The notes under the pieces are model-generated. The model was not told the origin of the DNA. It searched no databases and was given only the letters and a program-made list of their open reading frames with translations. Positions 33,301 through 45,300 of a DNA stretch of 64,000 bases are shown one piece after another; the first letter of the stretch is position 1, and each line of letters begins with the position of its first letter. Origin of the DNA: Felis catus (taxonomy: Eukaryota). The DNA lies in the NCBI RefSeq assembly GCF_018350175.1, contig NC_058380.1:91574001-91638000 (forward strand), written 5' to 3'. A program made the translations under genes and the position numbers.

Positions 33301-36300
33301 CCCTGGGGGACCGTGGGAGCTGAGATGGGGCCCGCGACCACCTCCGAGATCCTAGCCTGGGGAAGGGGAAGCTGAGCTGGGCAGATGCACGGGTCAGAGT
33401 AGACCACGAGCTGGCTGTTTTGTCTGTCCTGGCAAGTCAGTGTGGCAAACAGGACCCGGGCCAGGGGGCGGGAGACCTGGTTGGCTTGGGCCAGACAACA
33501 CTCGCAGTTGCGCCCTTCGAGAAGGCCCTTGAGGGAAGGGGGTGGGGCTGCAGACTCTGTTGGCCCCCAAGGGCCTGTGTTGACCTTTTGTGGCCTCTGT
33601 GGGAATATGTGGGGCCCAGGCTGGCTCTGCCTACCCGGAAGACATCTGTCTGGGGAGCAGGGGGGAGGCTCAGGCCTGTCCCGTCCAGCCCCCGGCAGGT
33701 GGCGTGGGAGGCCAGGCTGCCGGACAGGTACCTTACTCAACCCGCCCTTTCCAGTGGGTCTTGGCCTTTGAGATCTTCATCCCTCTGGTCCTCTTTTTCA
33801 TCCTGCTGGGGCTTCGGCAGAAGAAACCAACCATCTCCGTGAAGGAAGGTGAGTGTCCTTGGGGGGGGGGGTGCCCAGGGCACAGCTGGGGGGTCAGGGT
33901 GGGGCAGGCGGTCCTCACCGCATCACACATGCCTGTCCTGTGTGCACGCGGCCACACACGTGTCCCAGCTGCCACGCTCCCCCGCGCGGTCCCTGGCCGT
34001 GCCTCCTGGCTGGGCTAGGGGCCTGGGCCGGCCGCGGCGGCCATCCCTCACGGTTCTCCTCTGTTCTGTTTTACCCGTCCCCCGCATGGTCTCTTGTCCT
34101 CCTCCTGGGCCTGCATGCAGTCTGTAAGTGAGGCCTTCCTGGTGCAGCCGAAGCGTGCCCCGACCCCGCTTGCATTAACAGCCTTTCCAGGCCTGGCTGC
34201 GTCCTGCAAAAACTCCTCTCCGCTGTCAGGGACAGCTGGAGCACTGGGGGACGGTGGGCGGTGGGTGCTGAGTGTGCCTGGGCCACGGTGGCTCCCTTCT
34301 GGGGGTTTCCATCTCTCTGTGGGGTCGCCTGGCCCTGCTTTGCAGGCCTGGGGCCAGGTCACCTGGCTGCTCCCCCAGCAGACCCCTGTGGGTTCCTGCG
34401 TTCTCTCTGCTAACCAGCTGGCCAGAGAGGTCAGAGGTCACTTCCCGTGGGGGGGGCGGGGCACGTGCTCCCCTGGGCTGTGGCACCCATGCCACACCTG
34501 AATTCTTGGGGAAGGCGTCAGGGCACTTTGGCCTTGGCTGGCTAAGGGAAGAAGGACACCCTGGGAGTTGGGAGCAGGGATGGTGAGATACCCTTTGACC
34601 TCTGACCTGCTGGGGTCCTTTGCACCAGAGCTCTTGGCCCTCTGCCCCCTGTCTGCTGCCTGAAGCTGTTTTTCCTCCCTGACTTTCTCTAAATTTCTTT
34701 ATTCGGCTTCATCTCCCTTCCCTTTCTTGACTCCTTCCCCGTCTCCTGTCCCTCTGTCTCCACCCCTCGGGTCCTCTCACCTGCCCTGACCGCCAACCCC
34801 CCCCAGCTTTCTACACGGCAGCGCCGCTCACCTCTGCGGGCATCCTGCCCGTCATGCAGTCTCTGTGCCCGGATGGCCAGCGGGACGAGTTTGGCTTCCT
34901 GCAGTACGCCAACTCCACGTGAGTGCCCCCCACCCCGCCCTCCGGGAGCCCACCCCCCTGCGGAGGCCAGTGGGTGACCTCGGATGGTGGTGCAGGGTCA
35001 CTCAGCTTCTGGAGCGCCTCAACCGCGTGGTGGAGGAGGGCAACCTGTTCGACCCGGCGCGGCCCAGCCTGGGCTCGGAGCTCGAGGCCCTGCGCCAGCA
35101 CCTGGAGACCCTCCGCTCGGGCCCGGACGCCTGGGAGAGCCTCCCGGACAGACCCGCAGGTGCGCACCGGGCCCGGGGCGGGCTGGGCCGTGCCTGTGCG
35201 GCGGGGCGGGGGTGGAGGTTGTTGAGACCTGAGCTCTGGTGTCAGCTGGGTTCAAACCCCGGCTCGGTCACTTCTGACCGTGGGCTCGCGGCTGGGCCTC
35301 CGTCTGAACCGTCCCTCCGAGTTCCCGGGGCAGACGTGCTCGGGTGGTCCCGGCCGAGCTGACCGCCACAGTGGCCGAACCTGGTGCGGGGAGCTCGGCG
35401 CTGAATCTGTTCTGGGTGCCTAGACCCTGGGCCCAGCTGGCCCTCAGCGCCATCCTTCTGCCTGTCCAGTGCCCTCCTTCTCTCTGGGCTCGGTGGCCAG
35501 GGACCCACGGGAGCTCTGGCGTTTCCTGATGCAGAATCTGTCGCTGCCTAACAGCACGGCCCAGGCCCTCCTGGCTGCCCGGGTGGACCTGCCTGAGGTG
35601 AGGTGGGGCAGGCGGCCTCTGTGAGCGCGTGTCTACTCCTGGGCAGCTGCCAGCCCTGGGCACTGCCTTCCACCCTCCTCCCCTGCTTGTAGGAATGGAG
35701 GGCATGGGGGGGGGACGGGGGGGGGATGCGGGGCTCTGAGGCAGCCCCGGGGCCAGGCTCTGGCACCTCCTGGCCTGAGCTGTGCCCCCTTTACATCCCA
35801 GGTCTATCACCTGCTGTTTGGCCCTTCGCCTGCCCTAGATGTGGGGTCAGGACTCCCCAGGGGTCAGGAGCCCTGGAACAACCCCCTATTCCGGATGGAG
35901 GTGAGAGGGCCTCTTAGTGGGATGGGGGTGTGCTACCTGCTTCTGCCAGAGCGGGTGAAAAAATGGGCCCCCTTGATAATTCCGAGCTTCTCCTGGGAAG
36001 TGAGGGAGGTCTCTGGGAGTCTGGCTGGCATGGAGAGGGGGAAGGCAGGACAGTGATGTGTGTCCATCCCTCCTACTCCCCGCGCCCCCGCCCCCCCCCC
36101 CCCCCCCCCCCCGTCACAGAGCCTGGGCTGTCTCAGACTTGACACAATGGGTGGCGCAGGGGGCGACCCGAGGCCTTCTTGGGTTAGGGCCTTGGTTTCC
36201 TCTGGGCTGAGGCTCCCGCCCAGCGGTTCCCCTGTGCCTCGCCCCCAGGAGATGCTGCTGACGCCTGCCCTCCTGGAGGAACTCACGTGTACTCGGGGGT

Positions 36301-39300
36301 CCAGGGAGCTGGGCCGGATCCTCACCGTGTCCCAGGGTCAGCAGAGGGCGCTGCAGGGCTACCGGGATGCCGTCTGCAATGGGCAGGCTGCGACCCGCGC
36401 CCAGCGCTTTTCTGGGCTGGCTGCTGAGCTCCATAACCAGCTGGATGTGGCCAGGATCGCACAGCAGGTGAGGTCCTGCCTGCCAGCTGCCCCACAGGTC
36501 CACCGTGCTGGGGCTTCTCGGTGTCCTAGGGACTCCCGGGCCCAAGGCTGTCAGTGGGGCGTGCCCATGGGTGGGTGTCCCGCGCTCCCCCAGTGACAAC
36601 CATGCCTCGTGTCCCCTGCCTCACCCCGTGGCCTCACCCCAGTGTGCTTCCTAGCCCCTCGCCAATGCTCACCTTCTCTCGGGATGCCGACCCTCCCGCA
36701 TCCTCTCATCCCAGCCTGTGCCCTCCCTGACCCACCTCCAGATCGGCCCCCAGCCCCTGCTCCTCCTAGGCCTGCATTTCCCCACATGCTCATTTCTCCT
36801 CAGCTGGGCCTGGACACCCCCAACGGCTCGGCTCCCCAGCAGCAGCCACCACCCCCACAGCGGCTGCAGGCGCTGCTGGAGGACCTGCTGGACGCCCAGA
36901 AAGTTCTGCAGGATGTGGACGTCCTCTCAGCTCTGGCCCTGCTGCTGCCCCAGGGCGCCTGCGCCCGTCGCGCTCCGGGGTCCCCAGCCAGCGGCCCCGG
37001 CAGGATGGCCAACGGCACGGGGGCGGCGGCGGCGGGCACGGGCTCCAACTCCACAGCGGAGGAGGGAGCTCCGTCCGCTGCGGCTCCTGCCTCCTCCGAC
37101 GCGCTGCAGGGCCAATGCTCTGCCTTCGTGCAGCTCTGGGCCGGCCTGCAGCCCATCCTGTGCGGCAACAACCGGTAGGTGGGCGGCAGGGAGACAGGGG
37201 TGGGGGTCTGATCCCAGGCCCGGCTCTGACCCCCGCCCATCTTGACACCGGGGCACCCGGCTCTGTATCGCGGCCCCGTGCCCCACCCCTTCCGATGCAC
37301 CCCTTCCACGCTGAGGTCCCGCCCCGTTAGTTCTTGAGGCCCCACCTCCACCCCCACCCCCCCTCCCGGATCCAGACCCCGGACTCTGCCCCTCACGCCC
37401 CACCCCCACCCTAGCACCATCGAGCCCGAGGCACTGCGGCGGGGCAACATGAGCTCCCTGGGCTTCACCAGCAAAGAGCAGCGGAACTTGGGCCTCCTCG
37501 TGCACCTTATGACCAGCAATCCCAAGATCCTGTACGCGCCAGCGGGCTCCGAGGCCGACCGCGTCATCCTCAAGGTTGGCAAGTCTGGCGCGCCGTGTGC
37601 TTGAGCTGCACGTGTCTCTGGGGCAGGAGCTGAAGGAGCTGGGCACCGGGTTCTGCAGGCCCGGGACCCCTGTGCCGAGTGGGGTTGCTGGAATTGGCAT
37701 GGGAGGGGCGCAGCTGGCACTTGAGCACCGACTCGGCTCTGCGGGGGGAGGGGGAGAACCCACAGGGGGCGTTTAGGGTGCAGAGGCCCTTGGGGGCCAG
37801 GCATGGCCGGGGCCCGCAGTACTGGTTTGGACAGAGGAGAGGCTGCACGTGAGGATCTCTGCAGCATCCAGTGGGTGACGATTGGGTGGGGTAGCTAGGC
37901 GGTATGGGACCAGCTGAGGGCAAGGTGTCGGTGGCCAATCCAGGGGGCGTCCTGTCTGGGAGAAGTAGAAGCTAGGGCTGGAAATGGCCCCGGAAAGGGG
38001 GGAGCCTCTGGAGGGGTCTTTAGGATGACCGGGGGCAGGGAGGCAAGGGCCAGGTGTCAGGACCCTGGAAGGGACATGTGGAGAAGGGCCCGACAGAGGA
38101 GGCAGGAAGGCACGGCTGGCGACGTAGGGGAACCCCGAAGCCATGTTGCCCCAGGAGCCAGAGCAGAGCCTGTTTTGTGGGGTCACTGCGGAAAGGTTGG
38201 GGAGGGGAGGGTTTCGAGCTTCTAGGTGGCAGTCTGGCCAGAGCATCACTGGTTTTGGGGAGGACTGGCCTAGGGGGAGACAAAGGAGCGGAGTCCCCCC
38301 TTGCTGGCTGGGGTCCGCCCTGAGCCCCATGACCCGTGCCCTCACCCTCTGCAGGCCAACGAGACCTTTGCCCTTGTAGGCAACGTGACTCACTACGCCC
38401 AAGTGTGGCTCAACATCTCTGCCGAGATCCGCAGCTTCCTGGAGGAGGGCAGGCTGCAGCAACACCTCCACTGGCTGCAGCAGGTGCCGGGGGTGCTGGG
38501 CGGGGGTGGGCTGCGGAAGGTGGCGGGGGTGCTGGGCCGGGGTGGGGTGGGCGGAGCCCCCTGTGTCAGCCCCGCCCCCCTGAGCCAGGCTCCCCCCCCC
38601 CCCAGTATGTGGCGGACTTGCGGCTGCACCCCGAGGCATTGAACCTGTCGCTGGAGGAGCTCCCGCCCGCCCTGCGCCAGGACAATTTTTCGCTGCCCAA
38701 CGGCTCCGCGCTCCTGCAGCAGCTGGACACCATTGACAACGCGGCCTGCGGCTGGATCCAGTTCATGTCCAAGGTGGGGTGCGTGGCCCCTCGGGCTCCG
38801 CGGGGGCCGGGGGCCGGCTCCAACAATGCCCCTCCCCTCAGGTGAGTGTGGACATCTTCAAGGGTTTTCCCGACGAGGAGAGCATCGTCAACTATACTCT
38901 CAACCAGGCCTACCAGGACAATGTCACCGTGTTCGCCAGTGAGCTGGTCCCCCTTGGGCGGGTCCCTAACTCCTGTTCTTCTGCCTCCCCCCCTCCTCCA
39001 GCCCTAGCCTCGCGTCTCTCCATCACAGCCCTCCTGTCCGCTTTACCTGCCCCTGTGCCCCCTTTCCTTCTCCAGCCTTGCCCCACCTCGGTCCCCTTCC
39101 TCCCTGGCCCTGCCCTACGACTCCCCTATCTTTTCCCAGCCCCGCCCCTCACCCCCTAGCACTGCCCCAGACCCTGTACCCTGCTTCACGCCCCGCCCCC
39201 ATCCCAGCCCTGCCCCTGCAACAGGTACCTTCCCAGCTCCCCGGCCCCACCTTTTCCCTGGACCTGCCCCCCTCATGCCCCAGTGGTGCTCTGGCTAGAC

Positions 39301-42300
39301 AGTCCCCTTCACGTCCCCGCCCCTTCCTCCCTTCACACCTTCACCCTGCAGCCAGCCTGGGCTCTGCCCCTCCACCTGCCCCTCGTCCTGTCTCCAGGCG
39401 TGATCTTCCAGACCCGCAAGGACGGCTCCCTGCCACCGCACGTGCACTACAAGATCCGCCAAAACTCCAGCTTCACGGAGAAAACCAACGAGATCCGCCG
39501 GGCCTACTGGCGGCCGGGGCCCAACACAGGCGGCCGCTTCTACTTTCTGTACGGCTTCGTCTGGATCCAGGGTGAGGGCCGCTCCTGGGGCAGCCGGGGT
39601 AGGGCCCGGCCACCCCCCTGCCGTGGCTGACCTCTCCCACCTGCAGACATGATGGAGCGTGCCATCATCAACACCTTCGTGGGGCACGACGTGGTGGAGC
39701 CTGGCAACTATGTGCAGATGTTCCCCTACCCCTGCTACACGCGAGACGAGTGAGTGTGTGTTGGGGGGGCCGGGGGCTGGGGCTCAGGCTGAGCCCCTCC
39801 CCTCACGCCCCGGCCCCGACCCCCCCCCCCCCCCAGCTTCCTGTTTGTCATCGAGCACATGATGCCGCTCTGCATGGTGATCTCCTGGGTCTACTCAGTG
39901 GCCATGACCATCCAGCACATCGTAGCAGAGAAGGAGCACCGGCTGAAGGAGGTGGGGGGTGGGGGGGATGGAAGGGGGAGGTGAGGAGGGGGGAGGGGGC
40001 AAGGATAGAGGCAGGGGGACCAGTGAAGGTGGAGGGGAGACTGTGGGCACCTCTCCTTCCCTGGGCCTGGCTGGTAGGGGCAGAGACCCGTCATTCCTTC
40101 GTGGCACCCCATCCCAAGGCCTCCTGCCTGCATTCCCCCCCCCCTCCCCCGGCCACCTGCCCACAGGTGATGAAGACAATGGGCCTGAACAACGCCGTGC
40201 ACTGGGTGGCCTGGTTCATCACGGGCTTTGTGCAGCTCTCCATCTCCGTGACGGCCCTCACGGCCATCCTCAAGTACGGCCAGGTTCTCATGCACAGTCA
40301 CGTGCTTATCATCTGGCTCTTCCTGGCGGTCTACGCTGTGGCCACCATCATGTTTTGGTGAGCACCGTGGGGCTGGCAGGGGGCTGGCAGGGAGCCTTGC
40401 TGGGCCCTGGCAGAGTGCGTCTTGCATTCACCCAGAAAACGCAGGAACAGCCTTCTGGAGCTCCTCTGTACCCGGGAGGTGGCGCCACGAGGGCTTTGGG
40501 CTGTGCCCTAAGGGTCGGGTGTGGCTGATGGCCGTGGCCCCACCCACCCTAGCTTCCTGGTGTCTGTGCTGTACTCCAAGGCCAAGCTGGCCTCGGCCTG
40601 CGGTGGCATCATCTACTTCCTGAGCTACGTGCCCTACATGTACGTGGCGATCCGCGAGGAGGTGGCCCACGATAAGATTACCGCCTTTGAGAAGTGCATC
40701 GCGGTGAGGATCGGGGATGGTTGGGGGTGGGGCGGGGTCCATCCTCCTTCCCCCGCTGACACCACCGTGCTCTCAGTCCCTGATGTCCACAACAGCCTTC
40801 GGCCTGGGCTCCAAGTACTTTGCCCTGTACGAGGTGGCAGGTGTGGGCATCCAGTGGCACACATTCAGTCAGTCGCCTGTGGAAGGTGATGACTTCAACC
40901 TGCTCCTGGCCGTCACCATGTTGATGGTGGACGCGGCCGTCTACGGGGTGCTCACGTGGTACATCGAGGCGGTGCACCCAGGTACCGGCTGACCCTTTGC
41001 AGGGGGAAAGGAGAGGGTGTGTGGCTCCCTAGGGGGTGCACATGGCCTGGGGTGGACCTGACACCAGGCCCTGGGTCAGCCTGCCTTCTGCACCACCCCC
41101 CCCCCAACCCCTAGGCATGTACGGGCTACCCCGGCCCTGGTACTTCCCACTGCAGAAGTCCTACTGGCTCGGCAGCGGGCGCACAGAGGCGTGGGAGTGG
41201 AGCTGGCCATGGGCTCGCGCCCCCCGGCTCAGCGTCATGGAGGAGGACCAGGCCTGTGCCATGGAGAGCCGGCGCTTGGGTGAGGCGGGCACCCAGGGGG
41301 CGGCTGGGGCAGTCACTGGGGTTGGGGGACCCCGGGGCGTCCTCAGCTGACCCGCGGCCCTCGTGCAGAGGAGACGCGGGGCATGGAGGAGGAGCCCACC
41401 CACCTGCCGCTGGTGGTCTGTGTGGACAAGCTCACCAAGGTCTACAAGAACGATAAGAAGCTGGCCTTAAACAGGTTGAGCCTGAACCTCTACGAGAACC
41501 AGGTGGTGTCCTTCCTGGGACACAACGGGGCTGGCAAGACAACGACCATGTGAGTGTCAGTGCAGGGGGTGGGTCCTCACCAGGTGGGCAGCAGGGTGGG
41601 GCTCCCGGCAGGAGGTGGGGGTCGTGACCCTGCCCACCCGCCCAGGTCCATCCTCACGGGCTTGTTCCCGCCNNNNNNNNNNNNNNNNNNNNNNNNNNNN
41701 NNNNNNNNNNNNNNNNNNNNNNNNNNNNNNNNNNNNNNNNNNNNNNNNNNNNNNNNNNNNNNNNNNNNNNNNNNNNNNNNNNNNNNNNNNNNNNNNNNNN
41801 NNNNCTACTCGAGGCTCAAGAGCAGGGCCCAGGAGGAGATCCGCAAGGAGATGGACAAGTGGGTGGGGTGGGGGCGGGGCTCCGGGGCGGCCCCGGGGTG
41901 GTGGCGGGAGCCCGCGTGCGCCCCTACATGCGCCTGCGCCCCTACATGCGCCGCCCTGCCCGCAGAATGATCGAAGACCTGGAGCTGTCCAACAAGCGGC
42001 ACTCGCTGGTGCAGACGCTGTCGGGCGGCATGAAGCGCAAGCTCTCCGTGGCCATCGCCTTCGTGGGTGGCTCCCGCGCCATCATCCTGGACGAGCCCAC
42101 CGCCGGCGTGGACCCCTACGCGCGCCGAGCCATCTGGGACCTCATCCTGAAGTACAAGCCGGGTGAGCCGAGCGTGGGGTGGGTACAGGCGGCCCCGGCC
42201 GGCCCCACCCAGCCCAGCGCCCTGAGCCTGGTCCCTCACCCCCCTCCAGGCCGCACCATCCTGCTCTCCACCCACCACATGGACGAGGCCGACCTGCTGG

Positions 42301-45300
42301 GGGACCGCATAGCCATCATCTCCCATGGGAAACTCAAGTGCTGCGGCTCCCCGCTCTTCCTCAAGGGCGCCTATGGGGACGGTTACCGCCTTACTCTGGT
42401 CAAGCGGCCTGCTGAGCCTGGGGACCCCCAAGGTCTGTGCTGAGACTGCCTGAGCCGGCCTGGGGTCCCCCTCTCCCAGGACCCCCTTTCCAAGACCAGT
42501 GAGCTCGAGGGGCGGGCCCTCAAGGCTTACCTTAGTGAGCCTGGGGTGCCTGGTCCCTCTCCTCGGTCCTCCTCTTGACCTGGCTGGGCTCCCCCGTAGA
42601 GGATCCCCCTCCCCCAGCCCCCCACCCTCCTGGTGAAGCTCTTCTCCATTCCCCACCCTTCCTAGAGCCAGGGCTGACGTCCAGCCCCCCAGGCCGCACC
42701 CAGCTGAGCAGCTGCTCAGAGCCCCAGGTCTCCCAGTTCATCCGCAAGCACGTGGCCTCCTGCCTGCTAGTCTCCGACACGAGCACAGAGCTCTCCTACA
42801 TCCTGCCTAGCGAGGCCGCCAAGAAGGGGGCTTTTGAGCGCCTCTTCCAGGTATGGGGTGGAGTGAGTTCCAGGGCGGGGCGCGGAGGGGGTGGGGCGCG
42901 GAGGGGCGGGGTCGTGGTGGTGGTGGTGGAGTGGGCTCCAGGGCAGGGCGCAGAAGGGGCGGTCCCCGCCGCACCGGGTCACGCACTGCCCTTTCCCAGC
43001 ATCTGGAGCGCAGTCTGGACACTCTGCACTTGAGTAGCTTCGGGCTGATGGACACGACGCTGGAGGAGGTGTTCCTCAAGGTGTCAGAGGAGGACCAGTC
43101 TCTGGAGAACAGTGAGGCAGGTGGGAGCCCCGCTCCACCCCACCTGACCTTGGACCCGCAGCTGTCTGCCCACTCTAGCCTGGTCTCTGGGGACCAAGGA
43201 TTCTGGGTGGGAATAAGGTGCCAGGGTTCCCTGCCAGGCTGGCTCTGGGGCTGAGGAGCCTGGGTAGGTGGGTGGCCATGGGAATTGGGGCGCCCCAGGG
43301 TGAGGTGGGGTGAGGGTCTTGGTGGGTGAGCATGGGGACTGGGGGTGGCACGCTGGTCTGAGTCCCCCTTGTCCCCTCCCTGGCCCCTGTGCTGTGGCAG
43401 ATGTGAAGGAGTCCAGGAAGGATGTGCTCCCAGTGGCGGAGGGCCCGTCGGGGGAGGTGCACGTTGGCGATCTGGCCCGGAGCACGGAGCTGGCCCAGTC
43501 ACAGGTGTCACTGCAGTCCGCGTCCTCGGTAGGCTCTACCCGTGGAGACGAGGGGGCCACCTACGCAGATGTCTATGGCGACTACCGACCCCTCTTCGAC
43601 AACGCGCAGGACCCCGACAACGTCAGCCTGCAAGGTGGGGGGTGCGGCTGGCTGGGGCTGGTAGGGTCCCTGGAGGGTGGTGTCGGGCCGCCTGCTCAGC
43701 CCCCCTCCCTGTGCAGAAGCTGAGGCGGAGGCCCTCTCGAGGGTCGGCCAGGGCAGCCGCAAGCTGGAGGGCTGGTGGCTGAAGGTGCGCCAGTTCCACG
43801 GACTCTTGGTGAAGCGTTTCCACTGTGCTCGCCGCAACTCCAAGGCCCTGTCTTCCCAGATCCTGCTCCCCGCCTTCTTCGTCTGCGTGGCCATGACTGT
43901 GGCCCTCTCCGTCCCTGAGATTGGTATGGCCGTTGGGTCAGGCAGCGTGCTGGGGGGACCGGAGCCCCACTGCAGTGGGGCTGTGGCTCTTCCCCCTCCT
44001 GGACCGCCCGCTCTGGGCCTGGCGGGCACACTTGTGGGCTTATTGGGGACTCGGGCCTCCTCAGGGCCAGGCCCCCAAGCTCCAACCCTGTGGGTATTGG
44101 GAAGAGGGGACTGAGGCCTGGGGGCCGCCAGCAGGCAGTCAGAACCTGCTCAGGTTTCCTCGTGCATCCTGCCAGGTGACCTGCCCCCTCTGGTCCTGTC
44201 ACCCTCCCAGTACCACAACTACACCCAGCCCCGTGGCAACTTCATCCCCTATGCCAACGAGGAGCGCCAGGAGGACCGGTGAGGCCATCTGCTGGGCAGC
44301 TGTGGTGGACAGGGGCCGGGTGAGGGAGGGGAAGGTGGGCGGGCACTCATCCCCCTCCCCCCCGCCCAGGCTAGGCTCACACCGCGGGTTTCCACAGATT
44401 GCGACTGTCGCCGGATGCCAGCCCCCAGCAGCTTGTGAGCACGTTCCGGCTGCCGTCGGGCGTGGGCGCCACCTGTGTGCTGAAGTCTCCGGCCAATGGC
44501 TCGCTGGGGCCCACGCTGAATCTGACCAGTGGCGAGTCACGGCTGCTGGCCGCGAGGTTCTTCGACAGCATGTGCCTGGAGTCCTTCACGCAGGGGCTGC
44601 CGCTGTCCAACTTCGTGCCGCCCCCACCCTCACCTGCTCCGTCCGACTCCCCTGTGTCCCCAGAGGAGGATCCCCTGCAGGCCTGGAACGCTTCCCTGCC
44701 ACCCACCTCTGGGCCAGGTATGGGCCCGCCAGGCTGCCGGGGGGCGTGGGACGGCACGGACCTAAGCTGACTGCCGGCTGTACCCGCAGACAACTGGACG
44801 TCAGCACCCTCCCTACCGCGCCTGGTGCGGGAGCCTATCCGCTGTACCTGCTCTGCGCAGGGCACCGGCTTCTCCTGCCCAGGGGGTGTGGGTGGGCGCC
44901 CGCCCCAGATGCGGGTGGTCACAGGAGACATCCTGACCGACATCACTGGCCACAACGTCTCCGAGTACCTGCTCTTCACCTCTGACCGCTTCCGGCTGCA
45001 CCGGTGAGTCAGGTGGGGGTTCGTGCCAACTGTGGGCGAGGGGGCAGACCGCCCACTGCACGCCTGGCCTCACGCCGCTCGACCTACCCGCCCAGGTATG
45101 GGGCCATCACCTTTGGCAACGTCCAGAAGTCCATCCCAGCCTCGTTTGGTGCCCGGGCCCCAGTCATGGTGCGGAAGATTGCGGTGCGCAGGGCAGCCCA
45201 GGTGAGCGGCACAGCCCCGGGCCCTGCAGCGTCCAGCTGTGACCGCCATGCTGCAGGGACCCACGGTGCGCTAAGGGTGTTTCTGCGTCCCTCCCAGGTT

